Source: Candidatus Woesearchaeota archaeon
Lineage (GTDB): Archaea > Nanobdellota > Nanobdellia > Woesearchaeales > GW2011-AR9
Direction: 5' to 3'
Length of the DNA: 50,557 nucleotides
Assembly (NCBI GenBank): GCA_018303265.1
Contig: JAGVYN010000012.1
Location: forward strand, 1 to 50,557
The position numbers and the translations under genes are program-made. Under the pieces are notes generated by a model. The model saw nothing but the letters and a program-made list of their open reading frames with translations, had not been told where the DNA came from and did not search any database. Below, piece by piece: positions 38,676-47,793 of the stretch (positions are counted from its first letter, which is position 1; each line of letters opens with the position of its first letter).

Positions 38676-40226
38676 TTAAGGTTTATAAGTAAATGGCTCT
38701 AACACAGCATGCAATGTTGCCGGTAAGATTTTTTCTCCTTTTTCCATGTTCGGCTGTTCCGTGTACGCAATCTTTCTCATGAGTTGGGCAGGCGTCGGCT
38801 CAGGTTGAATATTCTTAAAATAACCTTTTCCCTGGTACAACACGCCAGCTTTAGTTAGAACGGGATTGATAATTTCCTTTATATCTGTTTCGGTATGCCC
38901 GTATCTTTTAAGAACATCCACGGAAAGTTTTCCTAAGTATTCAAACAAGTCGGGAAACGATTTAATGGCGACAGGAGTTCCATTACGATATGGCCAAATG
39001 CATTTTTTATAAGAATGAGAATTATGAAGAGAACTTTCAGTCATGTTTCTCTCAACATATTGCGATGCTAATGGTTGAAGTGAATCTTTTTGCATTTCTT
39101 CAACTATTCCCTGGAGCATTGCCATCTGTGTCAAATTAAAAGCGGCCATTTCTTCCGCATTGCGCGGCATTTCATTCATTCGCAATTCAATGCCTATTCC
39201 TTTTGCATCCATGACATCTTTATATTTCAACTTGACGAACGGCCAACTATTTACTTCAGGAAAATCTTTTTCTTGACCAGCGACATCTTCCTCAGTGATA
39301 ACAATGTGCCCGTCGGCGGCGATGGTACCAAAATATTGAGCAATGGGAGAAGGAACACGAATTTTTATCAAAGCTTCATACATCTCTTGGTTAAACCATT
39401 GCGGGTTTTCGGTGTTTTCAATCATGGGTTCCAATGCTCGCCAACGGTTGGGTCGTCCTCGTTCAAAATCCTCTTGGGTAAATCCATACGTGGCAGGAGG
39501 ATTTAGATGTATTCTCGCGCTATCGTACATGGTTAGCTTTCCTTCGACTAATGGCGAGGAGGCGCTTACAGCAAACAGCAATGGTCCAAGTACGTACGCT
39601 GCATTATAATAAAGCTGCGTTGCGGAATGGGGAACTTTGATTGTCGTTTGGGTATTGGTAGCAAAACCAGCCCAGATATTGTTACGATAGGTTTGCGCGC
39701 TTCCATCAACAAAAGGGATTATTGCGTCTTGCGCTAAAGGAGAAAGCATCTCGCCGAAGGCATCAAATCGAGGACTCTTAAATAAGAATTTTGTTGCTTC
39801 TTCATTGTAAAGAGGATAACCTCCCATAAGAAGAGCAGTGGCGCCAAATTCCTGCGCGGCGTAGTGCAAAGGATTCAAGATATCTTTAATTCCACAGATA
39901 ACTTCGTCCAAAGAATCGTGTAGTCCAAATAATTTTTTTGGATTTGTTTTGACCTCGGCCTGGAAATTTACTTTCTCCCCGGTGATTACTCCTTTCCCTA
40001 GCACTTTTTCTAATTCTTCAAATATCGGAGCGGGGTTATTATGAGCATCAACTAATGTCGTTTCTATTTCTATACCTGCGTCTAAAATTTTTGGATCTTC
40101 ATGTTCTATTGGATAAATTTTTTGAAATCTATCGACAACAGATTGAATATATCGCTGGTTTATTTCGGAGGCAAACGCAAGTAGTTCAGAACGGTTCAGA
40201 ATCCTCCCTCGAATTTGTTCACCCAT
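38676..40226 (-). CDS. Divergent glutamate-cysteine-ligase-fold carboxylate-amine ligase, copy 2
   Basis: AGIEIE, EKVNFQAEVKT, ASSPL, DSAR, WPFVK, GIELRMNE. Confidence 0.75.
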   Translation of the reverse strand: MGEQIRGRILNRSELLAFASEINQRYIQSVVDRFQKIYPIEHEDPKILDAGIEIETTLVDAHNNPAPIFEELEKVLGKGVITGEKVNFQAEVKTNPKKLFGLHDSLDEVICGIKDILNPLHYAAQEFGATALLMGGYPLYNEEATKFLFKSPRFDAFGEMLSPLAQDAIIPFVDGSAQTYRNNIWAGFATNTQTTIKVPHSATQLYYNAAYVLGPLLFAVSASSPLVEGKLTMYDSARIHLNPPATYGFTQEDFERGRPNRWRALEPMIENTENPQWFNQEMYEALIKIRVPSPIAQYFGTIAADGHIVITEEDVAGQEKDFPEVNSWPFVKLKYKDVMDAKGIGIELRMNEMPRNAEEMAAFNLTQMAMLQGIVEEMQKDSLQPLASQYVERNMTESSLHNSHSYKKCIWPYRNGTPVAIKSFPDLFEYLGKLSVDVLKRYGHTETDIKEIINPVLTKAGVLYQGKGYFKNIQPEPTPAQLMRKIAYTEQPNMEKGEKILPATLHAVLEPFTYKP

Positions 40227-40254
40227 CTTTTCTTATTTTGCCGATGAGGAGAAT

Positions 40255-40262
40255 TATTTAAA
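40255..40262 (-). promoter_or_regulatory. BRE-TATA promoter of the ligase cluster
   Basis: Minus strand reads GAAAGG-TTTAAATA about 30 nt upstream of ATG 40226. Confidence 0.55.
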
Positions 40263-40526
40263 CCTTTCTTTTATATTAAAAAATTACCCTAAAATAGAAA
40301 AAGGTGCCATATTTTAATCTCTTTTAAAAAAAGAGCGTTATTTTTGTATGTGTTTTTATATGTGTTTAATATATTTTTATGAAAATTATGATTTTTCTGG
40401 TGATGGCTTGGAAAAATTAAATCTACAAAAAAAGTATGTGCTACGTATGAAAAACCAACAACTTTTTAAATAAACTCTTGTCTTAAGCACAAAATAAAGA
40501 ATAAATACGGTAATTCCTACATCAAA

Positions 40527-41231
40527 ATGTCTAAATCAACTACGAAAAAAGTAAGCAGGATCAAAACCAGGAAGAAAGTATGGTTTAAGATTTTTGCTCC
40601 ACAGGTTTTTGGGAACAAAGAAATTGGTGAAACATATCTTCCGGCAGCAGAAAATGCTCTGGGAAGATTGCTGAAGATTAGTTTGAAAGATATCACTGGC
40701 AATGTTAAAGACCAGAACGCGTATATTGGTTTTAAAATTGCAAAAGCGGAGGGTTCTGCTTTGCGAACTGAAGTGATAAGTTACCAGCTGACTCCTGCAT
40801 CCGTCAAAAGACTGGTTCGAAAAAATACGGCGCGCTTAGATGATTATTTTACATTTACAACAAAAGACAAAAAAAACGTTATCGTAAAAACCCTTCTTAT
40901 CACCTTAAACATAAGCAAGCGTTCCACAGAAGCCCGCTTGCGTAAAACATTGCAAGACTTACTTAGAGCAGAGATAAATACGGAAGATTTCACTACATTT
41001 TTAAGCAATGTTGTTACCAACAAAGTACAAGCTATTCTTAGAAAGAAACTTAATAAGATATATCCTCTTAAAGAATTGGCCATTCGTGTTGCTGTGCTAC
41101 AGCAGGGTACGGGAACGTCTAAAGAAGATGTTCTTGAAACGGCTCCTCAAGAAGAGCCTCGTGCAGAAGCAGTGCCCTTGGTTGAAGAAGCAAGCGTTGA
41201 AGAAACTGACGTTGAGGAAGCAGCACTTTAA
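40527..41231 (+). CDS. rps3ae: 30S ribosomal protein S3Ae (eS1)
   Basis: KKVWFKIFAP..FG..EIGET, KRLVRK, KIYPL; acidic tail; TTTAAATA at 40465-40472. Confidence 0.92.
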   Translation: MSKSTTKKVSRIKTRKKVWFKIFAPQVFGNKEIGETYLPAAENALGRLLKISLKDITGNVKDQNAYIGFKIAKAEGSALRTEVISYQLTPASVKRLVRKNTARLDDYFTFTTKDKKNVIVKTLLITLNISKRSTEARLRKTLQDLLRAEINTEDFTTFLSNVVTNKVQAILRKKLNKIYPLKELAIRVAVLQQGTGTSKEDVLETAPQEEPRAEAVPLVEEASVEETDVEEAAL

Positions 41232-41250
41232 GCTTTTTTGTTCTATTTCC

Positions 41251-41850
41251 ATGAGATTTTTAACATTTACAGACTTGCACGAAGATAAAAGTACTCTGCA
41301 AGAGTTAGTCACGAGAGCAACAAAAGAAGATGTTGATTTTATTGTATGCTGCGGCGATATTTCTACATTGGGAAGAGGATTGCGAAACGTCCTCACCAAA
41401 TTTGCTGCCACGGGAAAACGATTTTATGTTATACCTGGGAATCATGAAGAAGCGGGAACGATGCTTGATGATGCCGTTGCCGATTTTCCCGGATGCATCA
41501 ATTTTCATACCAAGGCAATTAAAGTTGGTGATTATATTTTTCTGGGATATGGCGGCGGCGGGTTTTCTTTTGAAGATCCTGCCTTCCGTAAGATAGCGCG
41601 GGAGTGGTACGGCAAATACAAAGAAAAAAAGATCGTGCTGGTAACCCATCAGCCTCCATTCGGCACCAAACTTGATCTGCTGGGAGAGCGGCATGTAGGA
41701 AATAAAGATTTCCGAAAATTTATCGAAAGGGTTAAGCCTAAATTAGCGATTTCCGGCCATTTGCATGAAACAGTAGGAAGTGTTGATGCCATCGGCGAAA
41801 CAAAACTTGTAAATCCCGGCTGGGATGGAATGATTATTGAGTTGAACTGA
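41251..41850 (+). CDS. Calcineurin-like metallophosphoesterase
   Basis: DLH, GD, GNHE, THQPP, GHLHE; start reassigned to ATG 41251. Confidence 0.92.
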   Translation: MRFLTFTDLHEDKSTLQELVTRATKEDVDFIVCCGDISTLGRGLRNVLTKFAATGKRFYVIPGNHEEAGTMLDDAVADFPGCINFHTKAIKVGDYIFLGYGGGGFSFEDPAFRKIAREWYGKYKEKKIVLVTHQPPFGTKLDLLGERHVGNKDFRKFIERVKPKLAISGHLHETVGSVDAIGETKLVNPGWDGMIIELN

Positions 41851-41952
41851 TTCGTCGTGCTGGTACTTTTAATTCCCATTTTTTTTCAATTTTAACACAT
41901 TTCAATTTTAACACCAATACTTTTAAATATAATTTTGATTTCCACAAAGAAC

Positions 41953-42750
41953 ATGAAACTTGCAACAAGACTCTTTTTTCTTTTCATGGTGCTTTTCATT
42001 GTGTCCTGTTCTTTTCCATCAGAAGAAAAAATAGAAACTAAACCTCAAGAGACTGTTCTTCCATCGTCAGAAATTGCGGAGAGTATTGCCGAGAGCAATG
42101 CGTCGGAAACCACTGAAATCCCGCTTCAAGAGACTCTGCCAGAACAGCAGCTGGATCCTGAAATAGAGGAACTTATTGCGAAAGGGCGAAATGCTGCAAA
42201 TTATAACTACTTTTTTTCCTCTCTTGTTCGAGATAATTATGGAATTTATACTGAAACATCGTATACTGTTTTTGTTAAAGAGGAAAAAACAAAAAAAGTA
42301 TATCTGAATCCTAAAAAATTACGGGGAGATATTTTTTATAATGAGATTTACTTGGATAATACGAAAAAGACAGCCATCGGTATTTGCACGAAAATAGGAA
42401 TTCTCTGTGAAAAGATTTTTGACAAAGCGTATGCTGTGGACTATCTTTCTGAGAAAATTGATGTGACTCCGGCGGAACTCCTTAAGGGTGTCGGTCTTAA
42501 TGCTGCGAAAGTTGGCGAAGAAGTTATTGACAATAGAAAAACCACCATCATTGAGTATACCAACGCAAAAGGACAGAAAGAAAGATTATCTCTCGACAAT
42601 CATTTTGGCTTGCCTCTGAAACAGATTATCTATGAAACTTCTGATGATCAGGAAATTATCTTGGAAACGAATAGATTTAGCAAATTTTCTGTGGGTAATG
42701 TTCTCACAAAAGAAGTCACCTTGCCCGAAAAATATCAAATTGTTGAGTAG
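41953..42750 (+). CDS. Putative lipoprotein with an acidic linker and beta-rich domain
   Basis: Signal peptide ending IVSC, E/P/T-rich linker. Confidence 0.7.
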   Translation: MKLATRLFFLFMVLFIVSCSFPSEEKIETKPQETVLPSSEIAESIAESNASETTEIPLQETLPEQQLDPEIEELIAKGRNAANYNYFFSSLVRDNYGIYTETSYTVFVKEEKTKKVYLNPKKLRGDIFYNEIYLDNTKKTAIGICTKIGILCEKIFDKAYAVDYLSEKIDVTPAELLKGVGLNAAKVGEEVIDNRKTTIIEYTNAKGQKERLSLDNHFGLPLKQIIYETSDDQEIILETNRFSKFSVGNVLTKEVTLPEKYQIVE

Positions 42751-42819
42751 TTCTTGAATAAAAAAGTGGCCTATTTATTCTAAAATCCTTCCTAAAATTC
42801 CAGTTTTAGCTGACTGTTT

Positions 42820-43101
42820 TAACTGTGGGATACAGGCATAGCATTTTAAGGCTCATTAAGAAAAAGCTAACACTTTTTCTTCAACTCCGTTTCTCGTAGG
42901 GTTGCATAGTGAATTTGATGCGAGTATGAGCTCATATACCTTTTTCGCTAGAAAACGCATATTAGGGGTAAAATGGAGAGTGTGAGCTCTGAGATAAAAA
43001 GATTTTTCCATAGCATTGGTAGTGTTAGTGCAGAGATAGTAAGACACTACATAGATGTCTCAACCAGTTGGGAGAGAACAAAACAAAAGAAGCTCCAATA
43101 G
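42820..43101 (+). mobile_element. Degraded IS200/IS605-family Y1 transposase (tnpA) remnant
   Basis: 43003-43101 translates FFHSIGSVSAEIVRHYID..., the TnpA C-terminal catalytic-Tyr helix; upstream SMSSYTFF in another frame, interrupted by stops; left limit approximate. Confidence 0.65.
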
Positions 43102-43113
43102 AGCTTCTTTTTC
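43085..43113. terminator. 11-bp perfect hairpin (bidirectional terminator-like or IS end hairpin)
   Basis: AAAAGAAGCTC-CAATA-GAGCTTCTTTT between convergent reading frames. Confidence 0.6.
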
Positions 43114-43120
43114 TAAAAAC

Positions 43121-44356
43121 TTATTCACCAAAATACATATTTCTTAATAATTTCAATGTATTATATTCATCAATTGATAATTTATCATCTTTAACCATCT
43201 TCCAACTTTTAGTTGCATATTTATTCATACAACTAAAAGCATTTGGAAGATTGAACTTGACCACAGATTGATTAAATCTTACCAATTCTTGGTTAAGTTC
43301 ATCTCTAATTCCTGTTTTACTTAAATCAACATTTCTTTCTTCAAGAGTTCTTCCCATTTGAACATATAATCTTGTAAGACCTTTTGTTTGTTGAAATAGT
43401 TGAGAGGGGTCAATAATCAAATCTCCTTGAATATTATGTTTAAGGAAGTATGCTCTTAATACTTTATTATGAACTCCATTAAACATTTCAGATTGATTTC
43501 CATCATCATTTTGCCATCTTAATTTCTTTTTATCAGAACCAACTAAAATACTATGAGTTACAATTCTTGTTGGTACGTCTTCTTGATTTAAGTAACACAA
43601 TGTGTAGTAGTTGAATTTTTTAACAACATCTCCACTTATTGAAGTTCTAATATCATATTCTCTATCCTTATTAATCAATGCGGGAAACATCATTGTAACA
43701 AATCTTGGGTCTAATTTAAAACCATAAATGCTCGTTGTAAATTCTCTATTCTTTTCTAATATTAAATCATATTCACTAGGAAGATTATCAATAAAATCTT
43801 CAAGTCTTTTCTTTGCACCAGATGGGAAAAATTCAATTCCTGCAATTTTTCTTTCAATATCTTCCCTATTAATATTTTTAAACATAGTTTCTCTTTGATG
43901 ATAGGTGGTATCTCTACCACAACTTCTACAAGATGAAATAGATGGGTCAGAACCAAATATATTGCCACAAGTAATACATTCATTAATATTTGTATTACCA
44001 ATATTAAATGTTTCTTGATATGATGTTCTCGCCAACTTTTCTAATTGTTCTTGAATTTGGTCATCTCTTAAACTACAATCAAAATCAAGATAATGTTGTT
44101 TCATCACTTCTTCTGCTCTTTTTATCTTTTCTGAAGTATATTGTGCAACATTTTCAGGATTTAATTCAAAACCATACTCTCTCATTTGTTTAACAAGTGG
44201 TTCTCCATTAATATTCCACAAAAATGGTGTATGAACATTAATTCCTGCAAATTTTCTTGCTTTTGAATAAAAATCTACAAGTGTAAGGTCATATACATTT
44301 CCCACACTCAAATTTCTTTTAATTTGAGTTGGAGCAATCAACACTAATTCTTTCAT
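43121..44356 (-). CDS. Class Ia aminoacyl-tRNA synthetase-like protein (MetRS/ValRS-like) with degenerate signature motifs
   Basis: LSVGN at the HIGH position, WNINGEP, Zn knuckle CITC/CRSC, GDVVKKF, HSILVGSDKKKLRWQ at the KMSKS position, VLRAYFL. Confidence 0.7.
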   Translation of the reverse strand: MKELVLIAPTQIKRNLSVGNVYDLTLVDFYSKARKFAGINVHTPFLWNINGEPLVKQMREYGFELNPENVAQYTSEKIKRAEEVMKQHYLDFDCSLRDDQIQEQLEKLARTSYQETFNIGNTNINECITCGNIFGSDPSISSCRSCGRDTTYHQRETMFKNINREDIERKIAGIEFFPSGAKKRLEDFIDNLPSEYDLILEKNREFTTSIYGFKLDPRFVTMMFPALINKDREYDIRTSISGDVVKKFNYYTLCYLNQEDVPTRIVTHSILVGSDKKKLRWQNDDGNQSEMFNGVHNKVLRAYFLKHNIQGDLIIDPSQLFQQTKGLTRLYVQMGRTLEERNVDLSKTGIRDELNQELVRFNQSVVKFNLPNAFSCMNKYATKSWKMVKDDKLSIDEYNTLKLLRNMYFGE

Positions 44357-44360
44357 TTAT

Positions 44361-44642
44361 CTATTCTTCATAATTTATATAATCTAAAAATATCTTTTTA
44401 TCAAGATATGTCAAAAACTCATAAGCAACTTCAACATCTTCTAATGTAATATTTTCAGTTCTTTCCACTTTTATATGTAAAAAAATTTTAGGATTAATTG
44501 GTGGTTCAAATACATCATAAAATGTTTGCAATGCTGCCCTTTTATCTTTTGGATAAATTCCTCTTGATGCAAGTGCATATAAAGAACCATAGATACACCA
44601 TTTCATCATAAGTATTTTATTTTCCTTATCATTAATATACTG
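44361..44642 (-). pseudogene. 5'-truncated gene (C-terminal fragment) upstream of the aaRS-like gene
   Basis: Frame stays open from 44642 (QYINDKEIKILMMKWCIYG...) and is cut by TAG at the compositional junction; 4-nt gap to the aaRS-like gene. Confidence 0.55.
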
Positions 44643-44921
44643 CTAAAGTTTTAGGATTTACAATATTCTTGAAGAAATGGAGAAGAGATGTTAGATAGAA
44701 TCAATAAATATTTGGAGCGTTTGTTAAAAGTAACTTTTGTTACGACTGCCGAAGCTTCTCAATTGTCTGCTACCACCGTGGAAGAATGGAGCGCTTTGGG
44801 GGACTACCTGGATTTGACTCCTGAAGGAACCAAAAAATTATGAATCTGCGCAAACAAAATTTATTTAACGGGGTGAAAAATAAAGCCATAAAAAAGGAAT
44901 ACGAACGGTCGAGGCCGGAAT

Positions 44922-45713
44922 ATGAAGTATTGGAAAAAAAAGCATTCCACTTTGAATCGCATTATATTTAGGATTAATCTTTTGAAAAATAGCATAAAAG
45001 ATTTTTCGGTTTTTAAGAAAGTTCCAGCTTTTATAATAAGACAGTTTGGCCCAAATTTAGAAAGAGAATATGGAAAACTGACTATTTTACCGGATTTTTC
45101 AAAAAAGTTTGTATATGTGCCGCTTGGTTTTCAGCCGGAGCGCACTACCAGTCCGCAAGGGGATATGTTTGTTGATCAGATCTTAATGATTGAAACTATT
45201 TCCGCGTCTTTGCCTAAAGATTGGATTATTTATGTAAAAGAACATCCTTCTCAGTGGTGGTTAAGAAGTGGTATTCGTTATTCTTGCGCTCGTTATAAGG
45301 GGTATTATCGCCGAATTGCCAAAATAAAAAATGTTAAATTAGTTCCTATCACTACTAACACTTATAACTTAATTGATAAAGCGCAGGCAGTGGCTGTGGC
45401 GACGGGTACCGCTGGTTGGGAAGCGCTTCTCCGTTCAAAACCAACTTTAGCTTTCGGTTATCCATGGTACCGAGATTGCCCGGAATTGTTTAGGATAAAT
45501 AGCGTTGAATTATGTAAGTCCGCCCTTGATAAAATTAATAATGGTTGGAAAGTAAATCAACAAAAAATGATTTATTATTTGAAGTGTTTTGATAATGTTG
45601 CTTTACACGGCTCCCCGGAAGTTTTTGTCGCCAAGAAATCAAAGGTCAGTGAACAAGAAACTAGAGATAATATGTTCAAGGCCTTCGTGACAGAAGTGGA
45701 GAATTTACCTTAA
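44922..45713 (+). pseudogene. Capsule polysaccharide modification protein (KpsS/Capsule_synth-like), N-terminally broken
   Basis: VYVPLGFQPE, YVKEHP, TGTAGWEA, FGYPWY; in-frame stop at 44889 and only fragments upstream. Confidence 0.7.
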
Positions 45714-45722
45714 AGATATATT

Positions 45723-46100
45723 ATGATTGCGAATAAAATTGATGAGAGTGTCGGGGTTGATATTGAGGATATCGGCAGGTTTAGGAAACTTGACCAAAAA
45801 AATAGTGGGGTTTTTTTGAAAAAGGTTTACACCAAAAACGAATTGGACTATTGTTTCTGGAAGGCCGTTCCGGCTCAGCATCTGGCTGTTAGGTTTGCTG
45901 GCAAAGAAGCTGTTTTAAAGGCGTTAAGCGGTTTAGGTTTGTCTCCTGTTGATTATAATACGATAGAAATTTTTAATAATGACAGAGGGGCGCCGCAAGT
46001 TAGATTTTGTGGGCATAAAAATTTTAAGAAGTTGGGTGTAAAGATAAGTTTGTCCCATTGTCGAGACAAGGCATTAGCTTTCGTTGTTATAAAAAAGTAA
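45723..46100 (+). CDS. acpS: Holo-ACP synthase (4'-phosphopantetheinyl transferase)
   Basis: GVDIEDI.RF, RFAGKEAVLKAL, GAP, ISLSH. Confidence 0.93.
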   Translation: MIANKIDESVGVDIEDIGRFRKLDQKNSGVFLKKVYTKNELDYCFWKAVPAQHLAVRFAGKEAVLKALSGLGLSPVDYNTIEIFNNDRGAPQVRFCGHKNFKKLGVKISLSHCRDKALAFVVIKK

Positions 46101-46102
46101 TT

Positions 46103-46300
46103 ATGATAAGTAAAAAAGAAATAAAAAAAGAAATAAAAAAATTCTTCGCTACCGATTTAGATTCTTTCGCTTATCTACAATTGGTCTCTGACTTGGAAAA
46201 AAAATTTGAGGTAGAATTGACTATGGCGGAAGCGTTGACGGCCGATAGTGTGGAAAAATTCGCTAAAATTATCTGTCGCAAATTAAAGAAAAAATCATGA
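46103..46300 (+). CDS. Acyl carrier protein (short)
   Basis: LDSF..LQLV..LEKKFEV; start reassigned to ATG 46103; lies between AcpS and the AMP ligase. Confidence 0.8.
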   Translation: MISKKEIKKEIKKFFATDLDSFAYLQLVSDLEKKFEVELTMAEALTADSVEKFAKIICRKLKKKS

Positions 46301-47793
46301 AACTGGATTTTAAGAATTTTTCTCAGATTTTGAATTACTGGGCAGTTGAAACACCCGAAAAGATTTTTGTTACTGACATTCTGTCGGGTAAGAGCTGTTC
46401 TTACGCAGATTTTAACAAACTGGTAAATTCCACCACCAGATTTCTTAAGAAACATGGGGTTGGGCGAGGTGATATAGTTTCGCTTTGTTTGAGAAACTCT
46501 TTGGAATTTCTCGTCGCTTATTTTGCCACTATTCGTTTGGGCGCGATTATCAATCCAATTCCAATTTCAGTGGCAGATAAAGAACTGGCCGCCAATTTAG
46601 ATTTTTCGAAACCTAAACTATCGCTGTTGGAAGTTCCATCAACTAAAATTGCCAAGCGACACAAAATTTTTAGCGTTAAATTCCAAGGCAAAGGAGCATT
46701 TCTCAAGATTCTGAAAAATTTTTCCGACAAAAAACTCTCTATCAGTTTGGATGAAGATAAACCTGTCTGTTTGTATTACTCTTCTGGGACAACAGCCAAG
46801 CCGAAAGGTATAATTTTCTCGCACCGTGGTATCATTAATATCATTTCAGCAACTTGCCGGTGGTTTGGACACAATTCAAATAGCCGGCATTTGGCGATTT
46901 TGCCAATGGCCCACACTTCAGTAATGCATTATTCTGTGCTACCAGTTTTGTATGTCGGCGGTAGTTTTGTCTTTGCCGAGAATTTTATTAAGATTAGAAA
47001 GGATTTCTGGCGGATTATCAGAGATTACAAAGTGAACTATGTTCAAACTGTTCCAACGATTATTTTGATGATTTTAAGTATTACTTATTCTAATTATCAT
47101 CGTTCAAGATTGATTTTACCTTACATTGCTTGCGGTTCCGCTCCTTTGCCGGAGAAAAACAAAAAATTATTTGAGAATAGATTTGGTCTACGGTTAGCGA
47201 ATTTGTATGGTTTGTCCGAAGCCGGACACTTGGCTTCCGATTATCCTTTTGAAAAGGGGCAAAAGCCGGGCAGTATTGGTCGGCCATTGGACATTGTTGA
47301 CTTGAAAGTTTTTGATGACCAAGGGCGAGAAGCGCCAGTTGGTCAAACCGGCGAAATTGCGGTAAAGACCCCCGGTTTCTTTTTGGGTTATCACAAAGAC
47401 AAAAAACTTTATGAGTCCAGTTTTAAAAACGGTTATTTTTGTACTGGTGATTTAGCATGGAAAGACAATTCCAGTATTCTTTATTATGTTGGCCGCAAGA
47501 AAGATTTGATCATAAAAGGCGGAGTGAATATTTCTCCAAATTTAATTGATGAGGTATTGGTTAAACATCCGGCGGTGGCAGAGGCGGCCTCGGTTGGTAA
47601 ACCCGACGAATTATTCGGCGAAGTCGCAAAAAGCTTTGTGGTTTTGAAATTTGGTCGATTGGTTTCGCAAAAAGAACTTTTTGATTATTGCCGGAGAGAG
47701 CTGGGTGAATTTAAGTCGCCTAGCGAGATTGAATTTATCAAAGAAATTCCTAAAACCGCTTCGGGAAAGATTTTGAGGCGAAAATTAAAATGA
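46297..47793 (+). CDS. ANL-superfamily acyl-CoA/acyl-ACP ligase (AMP-binding)
   Basis: YSSGTTAKPKG, YGLSE, TGDL, GRKKDLI, PKTASGKI. Confidence 0.95.
   Translation: MKLDFKNFSQILNYWAVETPEKIFVTDILSGKSCSYADFNKLVNSTTRFLKKHGVGRGDIVSLCLRNSLEFLVAYFATIRLGAIINPIPISVADKELAANLDFSKPKLSLLEVPSTKIAKRHKIFSVKFQGKGAFLKILKNFSDKKLSISLDEDKPVCLYYSSGTTAKPKGIIFSHRGIINIISATCRWFGHNSNSRHLAILPMAHTSVMHYSVLPVLYVGGSFVFAENFIKIRKDFWRIIRDYKVNYVQTVPTIILMILSITYSNYHRSRLILPYIACGSAPLPEKNKKLFENRFGLRLANLYGLSEAGHLASDYPFEKGQKPGSIGRPLDIVDLKVFDDQGREAPVGQTGEIAVKTPGFFLGYHKDKKLYESSFKNGYFCTGDLAWKDNSSILYYVGRKKDLIIKGGVNISPNLIDEVLVKHPAVAEAASVGKPDELFGEVAKSFVVLKFGRLVSQKELFDYCRRELGEFKSPSEIEFIKEIPKTASGKILRRKLK

Noticed and set aside
34958..40226. 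Ergothioneine (egtA/egtC) or pupylation (pafA/dop) operon
   Set aside because: No egtB/egtD/egtE, no Pup-like ORF ending GGE/GGQ and no proteasome genes in the window; only the fold-level analogy holds
42856..43271. Short ORFs 42856-43047 (-) and 43068-43271 (+)
   Set aside because: Better explained as the antisense of the tnpA relic and of the aaRS-like gene
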